From Octopus sinensis (taxonomy: Eukaryota): a stretch of 64,000 bases of DNA. Numbering within the stretch: the stretch's first letter is position 1; every line of letters starts with the position of its first letter. The stretch lies in contig NC_043010.1 of NCBI RefSeq assembly GCF_006345805.1, positions 29,264,001 through 29,328,000 of the forward strand. Reading direction: 5' to 3'. The notes below the pieces were generated by a model that saw only the letters and a list, made by a program, of their open reading frames with translations, was not told the origin of the DNA and did no database searches. Of this stretch, positions 13,208 to 25,062 are shown in pieces. Both the position numbers and the translations under genes were made by a program.

Positions 13208-14272
13208 TTATTTAGTGACATAAATGTGTGGTGAGGGAATACTGAGAGGTGCTGCACTTGTATACATTTGTAGGGCAGGGAAAATCGCTGGAGTCATTTG
13301 AACAGTTGTTGGGAATACTGGCAATACAGATGCCACTTGACCAGAATTAGCCAGAATAACAGGCATTTTGGTGTTCTCTTCTGATACAAGGATTTCACTT
13401 AATTGGGTTGGCAATGAGTTTTGATTGATTGAAAGATTTGTTGACTGGTTCTCAACTATTTCTTGTTGTGGTAGCTCACATTGGTTGTTGTTGGCTTGGT
13501 GAGCATTAGTGCTTCCTTGTTTACAATTTGATGTTGAAGAGTCCAGAAAGACATATGCTGTCTCTTTGTGCGTTTTATCAGATGGATCACTGTCATTGCT
13601 ACTATTCCTTTGGGGTTGTTGATGGCACTGAGGCAGTGATGGTATTGCAGGGTTTAAATTTACTATTAACTGATCGCTTACACTCATTTCAATGTTATCT
13701 GACTCAGTTAATTCTTTAGTTTGAGCAGTAAAAGTAGGTGGGACACAACTGAGCTTTCTTTTACCCTTGCTCAACTGATTGTGCTTTACTAATCTGTCAC
13801 GCCTACTGAATGCGAAACCACATATCTGGCATTTGAATGGACGTTCACCTGTATGTATCCTGCGATGTACTTTGAGATGGTCGCTACGAGACAGTGCTTT
13901 GCCACAGATATCACATTTGAATCTCTTCTCACTCAAATGTGATCCCATGTGCCGCATGAGGTGATGGTTCCTAGAAAACGTGCAGCCACAAGTCTCACAC
14001 CTATATGGTCGGACACCAGTGTGAATTGTTTTGTGTAGTTTCAAGTGATCTCTTCGTGACAGCATTTTGCCACAAATGTCACATGTAAATGAATGAGGAT
14101 TGCTATGAGACAATCCAACAGATGATGATGATGAGGAGGATATTGATGATGATGCAATGGCAACCTGTGGAGTGACCAATATTCCATTGTGAAAGTCATT
14201 TTCAGACATTCTATCTGTATTTATGTTTGATTTGTCAATACATAACATGTCTGCATGAAGTTCATCTTTCAT
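13208..14272 (-). CDS. C2H2 zinc-finger transcription factor, 354 aa, 4 fingers (4th lacks the last His), single coding exon
   Basis: Uninterrupted ORF with CxxC-x12-HxxxH repeats and TGVRPY/TGERPF linkers, plus Ser-rich and Gln/Pro-rich flanks. An in-frame stop lies upstream of the ATG. Confidence 0.92.
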   Translation of the reverse strand: MKDELHADMLCIDKSNINTDRMSENDFHNGILVTPQVAIASSSISSSSSSSVGLSHSNPHSFTCDICGKMLSRRDHLKLHKTIHTGVRPYRCETCGCTFSRNHHLMRHMGSHLSEKRFKCDICGKALSRSDHLKVHRRIHTGERPFKCQICGFAFSRRDRLVKHNQLSKGKRKLSCVPPTFTAQTKELTESDNIEMSVSDQLIVNLNPAIPSLPQCHQQPQRNSSNDSDPSDKTHKETAYVFLDSSTSNCKQGSTNAHQANNNQCELPQQEIVENQSTNLSINQNSLPTQLSEILVSEENTKMPVILANSGQVASVLPVFPTTVQMTPAIFPALQMYTSAAPLSIPSPHIYVTK

Positions 14273-14568
14273 CGCTGAGTTATTGGAAGAAATGTCACCA
14301 GAAAGTGAAAGATAGATATGATGAGAAGTCTTTTGAGAGTTGTCAGGTAAATTAGTATGATACTGGGTTTGATTTCAAATGTATTGATGCTATTGGTGGT
14401 TGTATTAGTGCTATCGTTGTGAATATGGATGTTGCAACAGAGTCAGGGTTTGTTATAGTACAAAAACGTCTTGGTTCATGATGTCTTTTCATTGAGGTAA
14501 CTTTGTCTTTGAGATGGATGAACTTGTCAGACAGCAAAGAGGATTATACATCTTGTGCTTGCTTAAGA

Positions 14569-14585
14569 CTGAAATGAAACATAAA
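14569..14585 (-). promoter_or_regulatory. Candidate 3' splice site of the ZNF coding exon (exon starts 14568)
   Basis: The minus strand reads TTTATGTTTCATTTCAG|TC, about 300 nt upstream of the ATG. Confidence 0.55.
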
Positions 14586-16468
14586 AGCTCAATTAAATCA
14601 ATTAAATACGAAAACATTGTCATGCAGCTATCTAGAAATAAGATTTTATTAAAGATTATAAGCACAGTTCACAAATATTGGCATAAAGTTTTGTACATCT
14701 ACCAGCCAGTAAGGAAGCCTTTTAATAGTCACTCAACATAATAGTAACAGTAAACAAATTTCCTTCAAATTACACTGTCACCTTAAAAAGAAATTCCAGA
14801 TTGTTTTGACTGGAACATTTGTGATTATAGGGCAGTTGCATCAAGGCTGACCAAGGACTAAAAAACATTAGCACCTACATAGGTAACACAATGGCATGTA
14901 GCATTATAACTCATGTAGACAGCCACACTTGCATCATTACCTACCACAACATATAGCTCATATGTTAACACCCACAACTGAAGTAACACTTCAAACAGCT
15001 CATAGTAATGTTGTCACCTCATATGCAATTTGCTGTAGCTAATCTCTCTGAAGGAAATCACTAGGCACAGATTGTATATCTGATCATTTTCTATCCCAGT
15101 TTTCACAAAAGGGAATAAGTCACTTGTATTACATTACCATCTGATATTCCTTACCTCTCATATCATTAAATTATTTGAGATGACCTTTTTCCTTAAGTCC
15201 TTTGCTCCTTATAGGCCATCAACAACTTTTCTCCACTGTTCTTGACTTTGGGATGTTTTTGCTGCTCCTCTCCAGTTTGATTCTCACTTTTCCTTTTTGG
15301 ACTTTGCTGGATCACACCATGCTGAGAAGGTCTTCTCTCATATTTTGCTGATTCTGAATTGTCATCAATGCTTCTGTATTTTTAATTTTTTTTCTAGGTA
15401 GGGATGTTGACCTGATGCAAACTCATTTTTACTTCTGGGAAGAGTTGGTCCATATTAATCTGGCCTCAATTCTTTAACCTGTACAGCATTGGAGGCTATA
15501 CCAGGAGCTTGTGCTCTGCTGGACATAGCTCTCAGGGCCACTGAGACACACAAGCCATCACAAAGCAACAAGGACTGGACCTTCTTTATCGGGGATTTGA
15601 GGTGTTAGTAAGATAAACAATAACTGAGTTTCTAGAGGTCAATAAACTTCTAAATCCCAACCAGCATTGTTTTCACAAGGGCAGAGGCTTTCATACATAT
15701 CTGCAGCACTTTGATAACATTTTTAAATGCTTAGGAAGAGGGTTCCAAATCATTGCTTCAGTAACACCTTCAACAGACAAAGGTGACCACAACATTCTAT
15801 GCGAAAGCTATCTAACATCAGAGTTAAGAGAAAGCTACTGCAGTGGATTAACCAAACATGTGATCAACTGAATTAGATATTTAAAAGGAAAAATGTGACA
15901 AGTCAGTCAGTCACCGGCTGACAATACATCGAAGAGGCCAGGGAACAGAAGAAAGAAGACATGCACCCAACACCAGAGCTGAAGACACCTCTGAAAGTGG
16001 GGCCCCGCCACGTCAAAACGGTAGAGGAGTAGGGGCCGAAACCGGACGTGGTTCCTCCTGATGATGTCTTGAGCTAACTGGATCCTATAAAGGAGCTGTT
16101 GTGGTAGCAGATGACGAAACACAGTTGTAATTCCTCAGAGGTATCACCTAAGGCCAATGGTTCTCAAAATGCCAAATACCAGTCTTTCCACTAAATATTA
16201 GTGAAAAATTTTGCCACTACCACTTTATTAACGAGAAGATCAAATAGTTTGCATCCTGATATTCTTCTTTATAATAGTGTTGGACAAGTTTAAAACAATC
16301 TCAATTTTAATCTTTTTACTCCCTTTTCAGCTAGGCCCACATGTCTTCATTATATACATGAGATCATAAATTCATCAGACACAGTAAAATAAAATTTTTT
16401 ACAGAAGTCTAAGCCCCAGAAAATCATCAATGGATTAAATGACTCAACAGAACTCCCATCTGACTTAG

Positions 16469-16590
16469 ATGATATTATTTAATTGATGGAGGGAGTGGAA
16501 TCTCCAGCATGTTACTATAGAAAGAAAAATGATATTATTTAATTGATGGAGGGAGTGGAATCTCCAGCATGTTACTATAGAAAGAAAAAT
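16469..16590. repeat. Perfect 60-bp tandem duplication
   Basis: atgatattatttaattgatggagggagtggaatctccagcatgttactatagaaagaaaa occurs twice head-to-tail, with 2-nt AT microhomology. Confidence 0.95.
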
Positions 16591-18115
16591 TTGAGTTCAT
16601 CTCCTTTGGAAAAGTGGATTTACTTAAACAACATTATCTTCTCTTGAGAGAGCCTCATATGGTAACAAATAATATCAGTCTTAAGTGTATTGCCAACAAT
16701 AACAACGAAGTCAATAAGATTTGTTGATGTTACTCTTGGATCCTTAGTAGGGTGATAAGAGGAGAGTTGTGCAAGGAGGTAATCTAAGACTTATAAAGGT
16801 TGAATGAGGACAGAATTTTCGCTTTAAGGATCCTGATATACTTTTTCTCACTATATTTCCCTGATATCACCATGAATACCGTTACCAACTGCGAGCAAAA
16901 CATGAGAATTGAAGCACTCGAGAGACCAATTATCAAAAGATATGTATATATTAAGGCATTTATATGAATACATATTTAAATATAAAGTATATTCAATTAA
17001 TGGTATGTGGTTTTAAAATACCTGAAAATAATAAACATTGAATAAATGTGTAGAATCTGATATACAACATATTTTGTTCAAACTGATTTCGATGTTTTGC
17101 CAATCGTGGTTCATCCAAATAATTTGAACAAGCGGCAGTTGGATAAAATCATAATGCATACATACTTGTGCGTGTATGTATATGTATTTATGTATATACA
17201 CACACACGCCTCAGTTCTCAACCGCGGCTCTCAGGGCCGCATGCGACCCTAGAAATTGTATAAAAAATTTAAATATTTTGTGTTTTGTAGAAGTATAGCC
17301 AATTCATTCCAAATAGAATTTAACAATAAAATTTTATATGGACCTCACCCAAGGAGTGGGGAGGTTCACTGAGTTAAAAGATACATAGACAAACAGTGAT
17401 AATTAATAGATTGATTTGAAAATATGTTTACCTCTAAGTTAATCAACCGACGTGTTGAAACAAGCTTTACATGCCTATCGCATCTAAAAAGAAGGTTTCC
17501 TGCAAAATCGTCCATGCTTTGTAATTCCATACACAATTCACTGACTAATGGATACTAGTCATATTATATATAAATATATATATAGTTTTTTTTTTCTATT
17601 AACAGCAGTCGCTTGAAAGTTGCTACAACAGCTCAATGAAAATCTGAAAGGTAAAAGATATATTAAATCAGGGAATACAATATAGCATGCAAAAATCAGT
17701 TTGTTTGTTTGTTGCATTGACACATACCAAAGACATGTACTATAATTAGGTACTAGTACCCTATAGGTAATCTGGGAGAGGACGAGAAACAAGGAAGGTG
17801 CGGCATTCATGCCTTGTCCAAAGAGCAATTAGAGAATCAAAACAAAACAAGAATGAAAAGAGGGCGGGGAAACAAAGTAAGATGCGTATGTATGTATGTA
17901 CGTGCACGCTTATGTTTGTATGTATGCATGAATGTGTATGTGTGTATGTATACGAGTATGAGTGTGCGCGCTCGAGTGTATATGTGCACGTGTGTGTGTG
18001 TGCGTGTATGTGTTTACGCTCGTGTGTGTGTGTGTCTATAACCACTACGGAAAAAAATAAAGTTAAAGTATTTTTTTTAAATGTTATGATAAAGAAATAA
18101 TCAACTGAAATCAAA

Positions 18116-18293
18116 GATTACTTTTAGGTGGTCTCACGACTTTTCATGTGTTGGCGCTTTTTAGTTAGTGAAAACATTCGTATTATACATCAACGCGTAC
18201 TAATAATGGTGAGACTTGTAAACATAAAAATCGCATGAAAAACAACTCCAACAAATACAGAAAAAAACACGTCTAAGGGAGATAAGATGGCGG
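18116..18293 (-). promoter_or_regulatory. Candidate promoter/first exon of the minus-strand ZNF gene
   Basis: YY1-type motif AAGATGGCGG at 18284-18293, CpG retention and a possible donor AAA|GTAATC near 18121. Confidence 0.35.
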
Positions 18294-18639
18294 ATTTTTT
18301 GTCTAGAACAGTAAATCTAATTCATTAATTAAAAAAAATTAATAGAGTAATGCTGCCGTTCGATTTTATTAAAACAGTTAACGATGAAGACAAATTAAAA
18401 TTCGGGTGATGAAAGTTAAAATATTCCAATAATTTTTTTTTATGACAACTGCAGAGGCAGTCGGGTTGTTGTTGTGGAGGTTGTTTAGCCCCTGGTCAGG
18501 CGTTGTGACCATTCCGACTTTTCTTTTCTCAGTTAAGTATCATCCACTGTATCCATCGTTTTTATTAAGATTATAAGACTCCGTCTTGGATGATATTCAA
18601 ATGTTGAATGAGTACAGAGCACAAGGAAACTATCCTTTC

Positions 18640-18845
18640 TACTACAGGCACACGGTTAGGAATTTGGAGGGAGAGGGTTAGTCGATTATATCGACCCCAG
18701 TGCATAATTAATATTTATTTCATGGACTTCGACAGGATGAAAGGTAAAATCGGCCTCGGCGGAATTTGAGCTCAGAACACGTAGACAGACGAAATGCTGC
18801 GAAGCATTTTTCACGACATGCTAACAATTCTGCCAGTTCGCCGTC
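18640..18845 (-). mobile_element. tRNA-derived SINE, family B
   Basis: Reverse complement of the family B head (GGCGAACTGGCAGAATTGTTAGC...TCAAATTCCGCCGAGG) and its CTTTCATCC core. Confidence 0.75.
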
Positions 18846-18991
18846 TTCAAGCACCAGGAAAACTATGACGAAGGGGATAATTAATGAGTGAAACAAAAAT
18901 AGACCATATTCATATCTCAGTCATTGATTTTAATGTACCTCCACGTACAAAGATAAAGGCGAAACCAAAATCTTCTGGCTTTTGCAAAATG

Positions 18992-19398
18992 TGATCTTTT
19001 CGGTTTGAACGGCAGTTCTTTTAAATAATTTCCACGTAACTAAACACATTTAAACTTCGTATACTGGTAGAATGTGTTTATAAAACATCTTTTTCTCTTG
19101 GCTTTATTGAGAAAATTCTATAGTTTGTGAGATATTTATTGTTGTTTTTCTGCAATTTCAACCAATCAATGACGTCTATTGAGGTGAAAAGCATTCTGTG
19201 CCGTATGAATATGTCCCTCGTTTAAGAAACAGATTGGGTTTATTTACATTTCTGAAGAAAAAAAGATACCCTTCCCCCACTCCAACCCTAACCCAAAAAC
19301 AGATTGAAATGCAATAGATCGATACTAGGGTCATGATTATGGGTGACAATTTCATATGACACCCCTAGAAAAAACTGCCGTTCAAACCGAAAAGATCC
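18992..19398. mobile_element. MITE, Merlin-like (about 25-bp TIR, 8-bp TSD)
   Basis: TIR GATCTTTTCGGTTTGAACGGCAGTT at both ends and direct repeat GCAAAATG on both flanks. Internal CCAACCCTAACCC. Confidence 0.8.
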
Positions 19399-20734
19399 GC
19401 AAAATGTATTGTGTCAAAAGCTGACGACAAACGATTGCACTTTAGTTATCAAAATGTAAAGCAATGATGCTATCAAGGTAAGGTTGCCAGATTAGAAAAT
19501 TAGAAATACGGGACACTCTTAAAATCTCTCTATATGTAAATTTATACATGTCTACGCACTTTGACAATATATTATATAAAAGTAGAGACATAAGTTGAAA
19601 ATATAAAGCAATTATTTTAATGGGTTATAAGAAAAACAAAAGTAAAATCATTTCAAAATTATTTAATACAAGCTAAAAAATAATAAATTCTGTTAAAGTG
19701 AAATAATTTGAAAATATTTCTTTAATACAGAAACAGAGAAATAAAAAAATCTGTTATATCGAAATAATTGTAATTTTTTTTATTTAATGGCAAGTAGAGA
19801 CAATGTAGAAAAAATCTTTTAGCGTTAAAACATTTGAATATTATTTTTTAAGATAGGCAATAACTAAAAGAAATACTGAGAAAGTGAAATGGATTCCACA
19901 TTTCTGTCTTACCAGCAACTCGCTACGGTATTCTACGCCTGGTGCCTGTCTGAAAGTAATTTTTGTAGTTTGAATTCCTCCTATTTTCTACTGTCATCGT
20001 GGAACATGACAAGATGTTCAGAACCTTTTACTTCAACCCCAGATAACTTTATTGAACATTGTGTACTCATAGTATGAATTTGTTTGTTACGCATCTGAAT
20101 AAAACTTTGGACACGAAGTTGTTCACGCATGGACACGAATGTTGTCACTGCACCAGAGGCATTTCACAGCCGTTGGATTAATGATTTAGTCCAGTCATTA
20201 AAGTGTCGATATCTTCATTAGTGACTTCCCTCGCTAAAAGGTGAAGAAGTCATCATCCCTTGTTCTACACTTTTGAACATAAACATAGATAGTAGTGCTG
20301 GTGTGGTTAAACTTGCTTCTACTATATGTAACATATTTTCACAGAGGCGTAGTGTGTAGTCAAGGTGAGCAGCAAAGGAAGAGATAATAGTTGCAAAGTC
20401 TAAGGACAAAGCATTCTGGAGTATAACTATAGTCGCAAACTATAGTCAATAAACTTACAGCAATTCGAAAGAAGGTTCTTTGGATCATTGCACTCAATAG
20501 AGCTGGTGTTATCGATAAATTTGCTATCAACTGCTTAAAACCCTCGCTAAAGCTCACATAAACGACAATCCACCAGAACACAAAGCAGTACTACCGCTGC
20601 AATGTCTGAACAAACTCAAGTCTACGTACTCTGGAAAGGAGCTTTTTGGATTAGAACAAAATTCCAGAAATTGTTACACTAAAAGTAATCTCTAGGTGTG
20701 GGCTAACAGAAGTAGGAAAATCTAATAATGATTT

Positions 20735-20910
20735 CATATTCTGGCATAAGGCCAGCAATTTTAGAGAGGGAATGATCGATGACATCGATTCCAATACTCA
20801 ACTGGTACCTATTTTTTATCGACTCCGAAAGGATTAAAGGTAAAGTTGACCTCAACGGAATTTGGACTCAGAACTTAAAGAGTTGGAATTAACATCACGA
20901 AGCATTTTGT
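20735..20910 (-). mobile_element. Decayed SINE, family B
   Basis: actggtacct..ttttatcgactccgaaagga..aaaggtaaagttgacctc is the reverse complement of the family B core. Confidence 0.65.
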
Positions 20911-21035
20911 TCTTCGGAAAACTTAATAATAGCGATGCTAACGTGGTTTTATGAATATATATAACTGGAAAAAAAAAGCACCTCTTCCGTTTCAGTAAGT
21001 TAAGATTAACACCGACTCAAAAGGCGGTATATGAC

Positions 21036-21158
<123 letters not shown>

Positions 21159-21415
21159 CCTGCCTGCCTGCATGCATGCATGCATGTATGTATATATATC
21201 GAAACTGCAAAGATGATCTGGAACTCGAATGAGGACAGGTAGCTCCGAATGACCCGTTCTTGTTTTTTCCTGTCCTTTTTCGTATAGTCTACCTGTCCGA
21301 ATGTTTTGTCGCATGTTACGTTCTTGTTCCATATTTTTTAATATATTCATATATCTGGCCTCCTGTATGTAAGTACACACACACACACACACCATAATAG
21401 GGTAGACCAGTTTAT

Positions 21416-21460
21416 GGAGTTACACTGTGTTTTTTGCTCATACGGCATATCTTCAGACTC
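21416..21460 (-). ncRNA. Hammerhead fold, probably inactive (GAAA to AAAA)
   Basis: GAGT-CTGAAGA-tatgccgtatgagcaa-AAAA-CACAGTG-TA-ACTC. Confidence 0.6.
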
Positions 21461-22298
21461 AAAACACTGCTGGCCTGGAACCTCTTTAAAATATGGAAGG
21501 GGAAAAGCCTCGTTCTTGAGGTGGCAATCTCCCTTTGCGATTGTCCATCGAAATACCAACGGGAGATAATCACCTAGGGTTTTATGCTGTTTGAGAGAGT
21601 TCTCAGTACACTCCACGTACTTCTGTGGGTGCGTGATGTCGTTGCGCCTGTTGCTGCTGTCGTTATACTTGTTGGTGTTGTAGGTGCTGCTGTTGTTAAA
21701 GGGTGGGCTATGTGACTGACTTGGGTGCGTATGGAGCCGTGTAGGCATTGGTGCCATGTTCAATTCCCAGTGGTTCGGCCCGTCTTTTTTTAAAACAAGA
21801 GCACCTACAACGACATCACGCGTCCACAGAAGTACGTGGGTGCACTGGGAACTCTCTCAAACAGCGTATTTCCAATCATCTGTCCTCCTTCAAAGTTCCG
21901 GAAAGAAGATACGTGACATCACTGGCCAGCCATATCTGGCAATTACGAGACGAAGAGATTCCATACTCGATTGCATGGAAAATACTCAAGAACCCAGGCC
22001 CCTACGTCAACGGGACGAAACGGTGCAAGTTATGCATTGCCGAACGCATGAGGATCCTTAAAGACTTGCTCGTGCCAGGGAAAATCCTGAACTCCAGGAC
22101 GGAGATTTTCGGACCATGCCTGCTGTTTAGAAAATGTCTGCTGGCTTTTTGGAATCCGCATGGCGGGACTACAGCTGGAACCAATGGCCAAGGCCGAAGG
22201 AAGACAATCGTATGCTTTCGTGGTGCTTTGGTGATCACAAGATGGCAGCGCGGCCGAAGATCGATATGTTTTAAAGAGGTCTCAAGCCAGCAGTTTTT

Positions 22299-22359
22299 GG
22301 AGTCTGAAGATACGCCATAAGGCTAAATCCCTTTTGAGCGAGAAACTCAGAGTAACCCC
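22299..22359 (+). ncRNA. Minimal type I hammerhead fold with intact core
   Basis: GGAGT-CTGAAGA-stem II-GAAA-CTCAGAG-TA-ACCCC. Predicted GUA cleavage after 22354; one stem I mismatch. Confidence 0.7.
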
Positions 22360-23777
22360 ATAAACCGGCTTGGTTCTGTGGAATCTTTAGCAGAGATAAC
22401 GCTGTTATAAGCATTTAAGTCGGTCTCCTGTTTTTGGCTGCCTTCATCCCTTGCTACCTCTAGTTTTGGAGGCATTGAAAAAGACTATGGTAGTTTTTAA
22501 TAGAATAAATAAATAATTAACTAAAATGAAGGAAATATCTGTAATGCCTAAAGTGAAAGGAACTCTATGTATTGTTTTTGATAACAGACGTTAAAAATGG
22601 TTAAATAAAACCCTAAAGGCTGTCAACTTCAACTGAACGGGAAAAGTAGGGAAAAATAATACCTCCAATGGTAGCGGTTAATATAAGGGAGAAGGCGATG
22701 GAAGTGGTATATGAGTCAGAAATGCAGTGGTCTTTGGAAATATTTAACACTTGCGCACGAGGAAGGTAAAATGGAAAGGAATTGAGCGTTTTCCCCCCAC
22801 CCCTTTCTTTAAAATTTTATTTTCAATATTTCTCTGAATTACGATCCCGAAAGAATTTTCTTTTTCCAAAAATTTCAATGAAAAAAAAATTTTCTCGTGA
22901 CCTCTTTTCCTTTCCCATACGGTAGTGAAAGCTTTTCCGAAACTCTGCATGATTTGTTCTATTTGTAACAAATTATTTCCAAAAAGCTTTTTATTTGATT
23001 GAGGACAGCTAGAATGCGAAGAATGTTGAAAAAAAAAATCAAGCGTCGAGATTTTAACTTTTAAACTGACTTAAAGCTATCTTGTTATTCTCATATTTTA
23101 AAAAGATATTCGTATTTTTGAGAAACAGGCATTAAGAATAACTATCTTCATTATTTGAGAAAAAGAACTAAGAAACGAAATACAGTATAAAATATTAAAG
23201 TCGTTACAGAAACTGACATTTTTTTTTTTTGCTCTACATCCAATTAAGGAAGTTGTCACGTTTATAATTTTGCATAACAATAGCTGTATTTGTTGGTAAA
23301 TAAATGTAAATTTTAATATTATTGCAATTTCAGCGTAAGCAATTTTCAGTGTTTAGATTTAGCTCAATATTTAGCACATGTACATAAAACCATTCATTTA
23401 TTCATCCAAAGACATACACACACACACATACGCACACAGTCTCACTCATTATATTTACACATCTATTTACGAATAAGGCAATACCAAGATTATTGTGTTT
23501 TGTATTATGACTAGTAAAACAATGATTCTGCAAAAAGGTTTAGGTTTATTAAGGTTGTCTATCGCTCACATAGTGACTATCAATTCAGATTTTCGAATAA
23601 CCGTTCATTCAACTAAAATTCTACGTTTTAAAATATTGAAGTACAATAAATAAAATTGTTTACCGAATCATTTGTAAGTGTTATATCTTTAAATAAAATC
23701 AATAATTGACGAAAGAAATCCTAACAAACAAATAATATATGTATAAATAGCTTAACATTCGATATCTCAGCGCGTAA

Positions 23778-23871
23778 GCCCGCATAGCTCAGTCGGTAGA
23801 GCATCAGACTTTTATGACTGAATCTTAACAGAGTCATCTGAGGGTCGTGGGTTCAAGTCCCCCTGCGGGCG
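23778..23871 (+). tRNA. tRNA-Lys-TTT: tRNA-Lys(TTT) with a 21-nt intron (23815-23835) at the canonical 37/38 position
   Basis: Perfect 7-bp acceptor stem GCCCGCA/TGCGGGC, D arm GCTC/GAGC, anticodon stem TCAGA/TCTGA with loop CTTTTAA after splicing, and T loop TTCAAGT. One T:C mismatch in the T stem. Mature length 73 nt. Confidence 0.93.
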
Positions 23872-23880
23872 AAGCATTTG

Positions 23881-23888
23881 TTTTTTTT
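23881..23888 (+). terminator. RNA polymerase III terminator
   Basis: T8 run 10 nt after the tRNA discriminator base. Confidence 0.8.
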
Positions 23889-24699
23889 GTTCCGCGAATA
23901 TGAATGAACTGTTTGACGTCTTTCATTCAAACCTACTTTGTTTTCGTTTTGCTTATTGTTATTTTACATAATGTCTTTAGATATTGTTATTGTGTCGTAC
24001 TTTCCCTACTTGTGAAGAATAGTTCCGTTGATATAAGCTGTGATTTAGATTATGACTATGTAAATGGAACAAAGAAAGCCTACAAATTCGTGAGAGGAAC
24101 AAGATTTGTACGCATGAATATATCATATATATCAATATATTAGTAATGTAACACACACACACGCACGCACGTACCACCACCACCACAACACGGACACACG
24201 CACCCACACTACTAACACTATCACCACCGTCGCCACCCACCACCACCGCCACCACCACCACCGCCACCACCACCACCACCATCATCATCATCATGATGTG
24301 ACGTGTTACAACTTCCTAACCACTACCCTTGTGTTAAGCATCGCCCATCTGAACGTTCCTTTATCATCTCCTCCAGGAGACGTACCTTCAGATCAGCCTT
24401 TACCTCTTCGTCTCAAGTTTTCCTTGGTCTTTCACATACTCCCAATCCATCCATCCATCCATCCATCCATCCATCCATACATACATACATACATACATAC
24501 ATACATACATACATACATCCATCCACGTGAAGTGGGAAGGAGTGTGCGTTTGTGTAGGGGTATGTATATACTGCAAGGGAATAACGGTGTATGTGGTGCG
24601 GGTACTGAGTATAAACGGTGTAGAGAAGATGTATGGGCAGTAGAGAAGGAGAGGTAGTGGAAGGTGAGAGATGTGTGGTTTGTGTAAATATGTGAGAGG

Positions 24700-25009
24700 A
24701 GGTGGGTCTTGATGAAGACAGGTGACAAATTATGACTATGAGAGGCTGAGGAATGGAGAAGAGAAAATAAATTCCTGCTCTCGACGGGGGCGGGAGTCCG
24801 GGTGGTCTCCGTGCAAGGCCAGTCCGAACATTGACAGATGAAGCGAATGACCGGTCGAATGGATGTGGCGCGCGACCGGAGTGTCATTGCCGAGTTTGAT
24901 GTTCTAGAGATGTCCCGGAGATGTTCAAAAACTGGTTAGCAACGTACCGGCAAGTTTGCCTGATGTACAAGGGAATGAGAGAGGGAGAAAGAGAGAGAGA
25001 GCGCGGGAG

Positions 25010-25062
<53 letters not shown>

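Larger units (their letters stand above)
21400..22380 (+). mobile_element. Penelope-like element 3' end: GIY-YIG endonuclease C-terminus plus an inverted, internally deleted copy
   Basis: ORF 21748-22320 contains GCTGNSLKQRISNHLSSF...SLASHIWQL...CKLCIAE...LNSRTE. The minus strand at 21400-21640 repeats KYVECTENSLKQH and FKEV..QQ..ESED. Both arms end in hammerhead folds. Confidence 0.8.

Noticed and set aside
19478-20700. Possible decayed hAT element starting TAAGGTTGCCAGA
   Set aside because: I could not find a matching second TIR or a convincing transposase motif.
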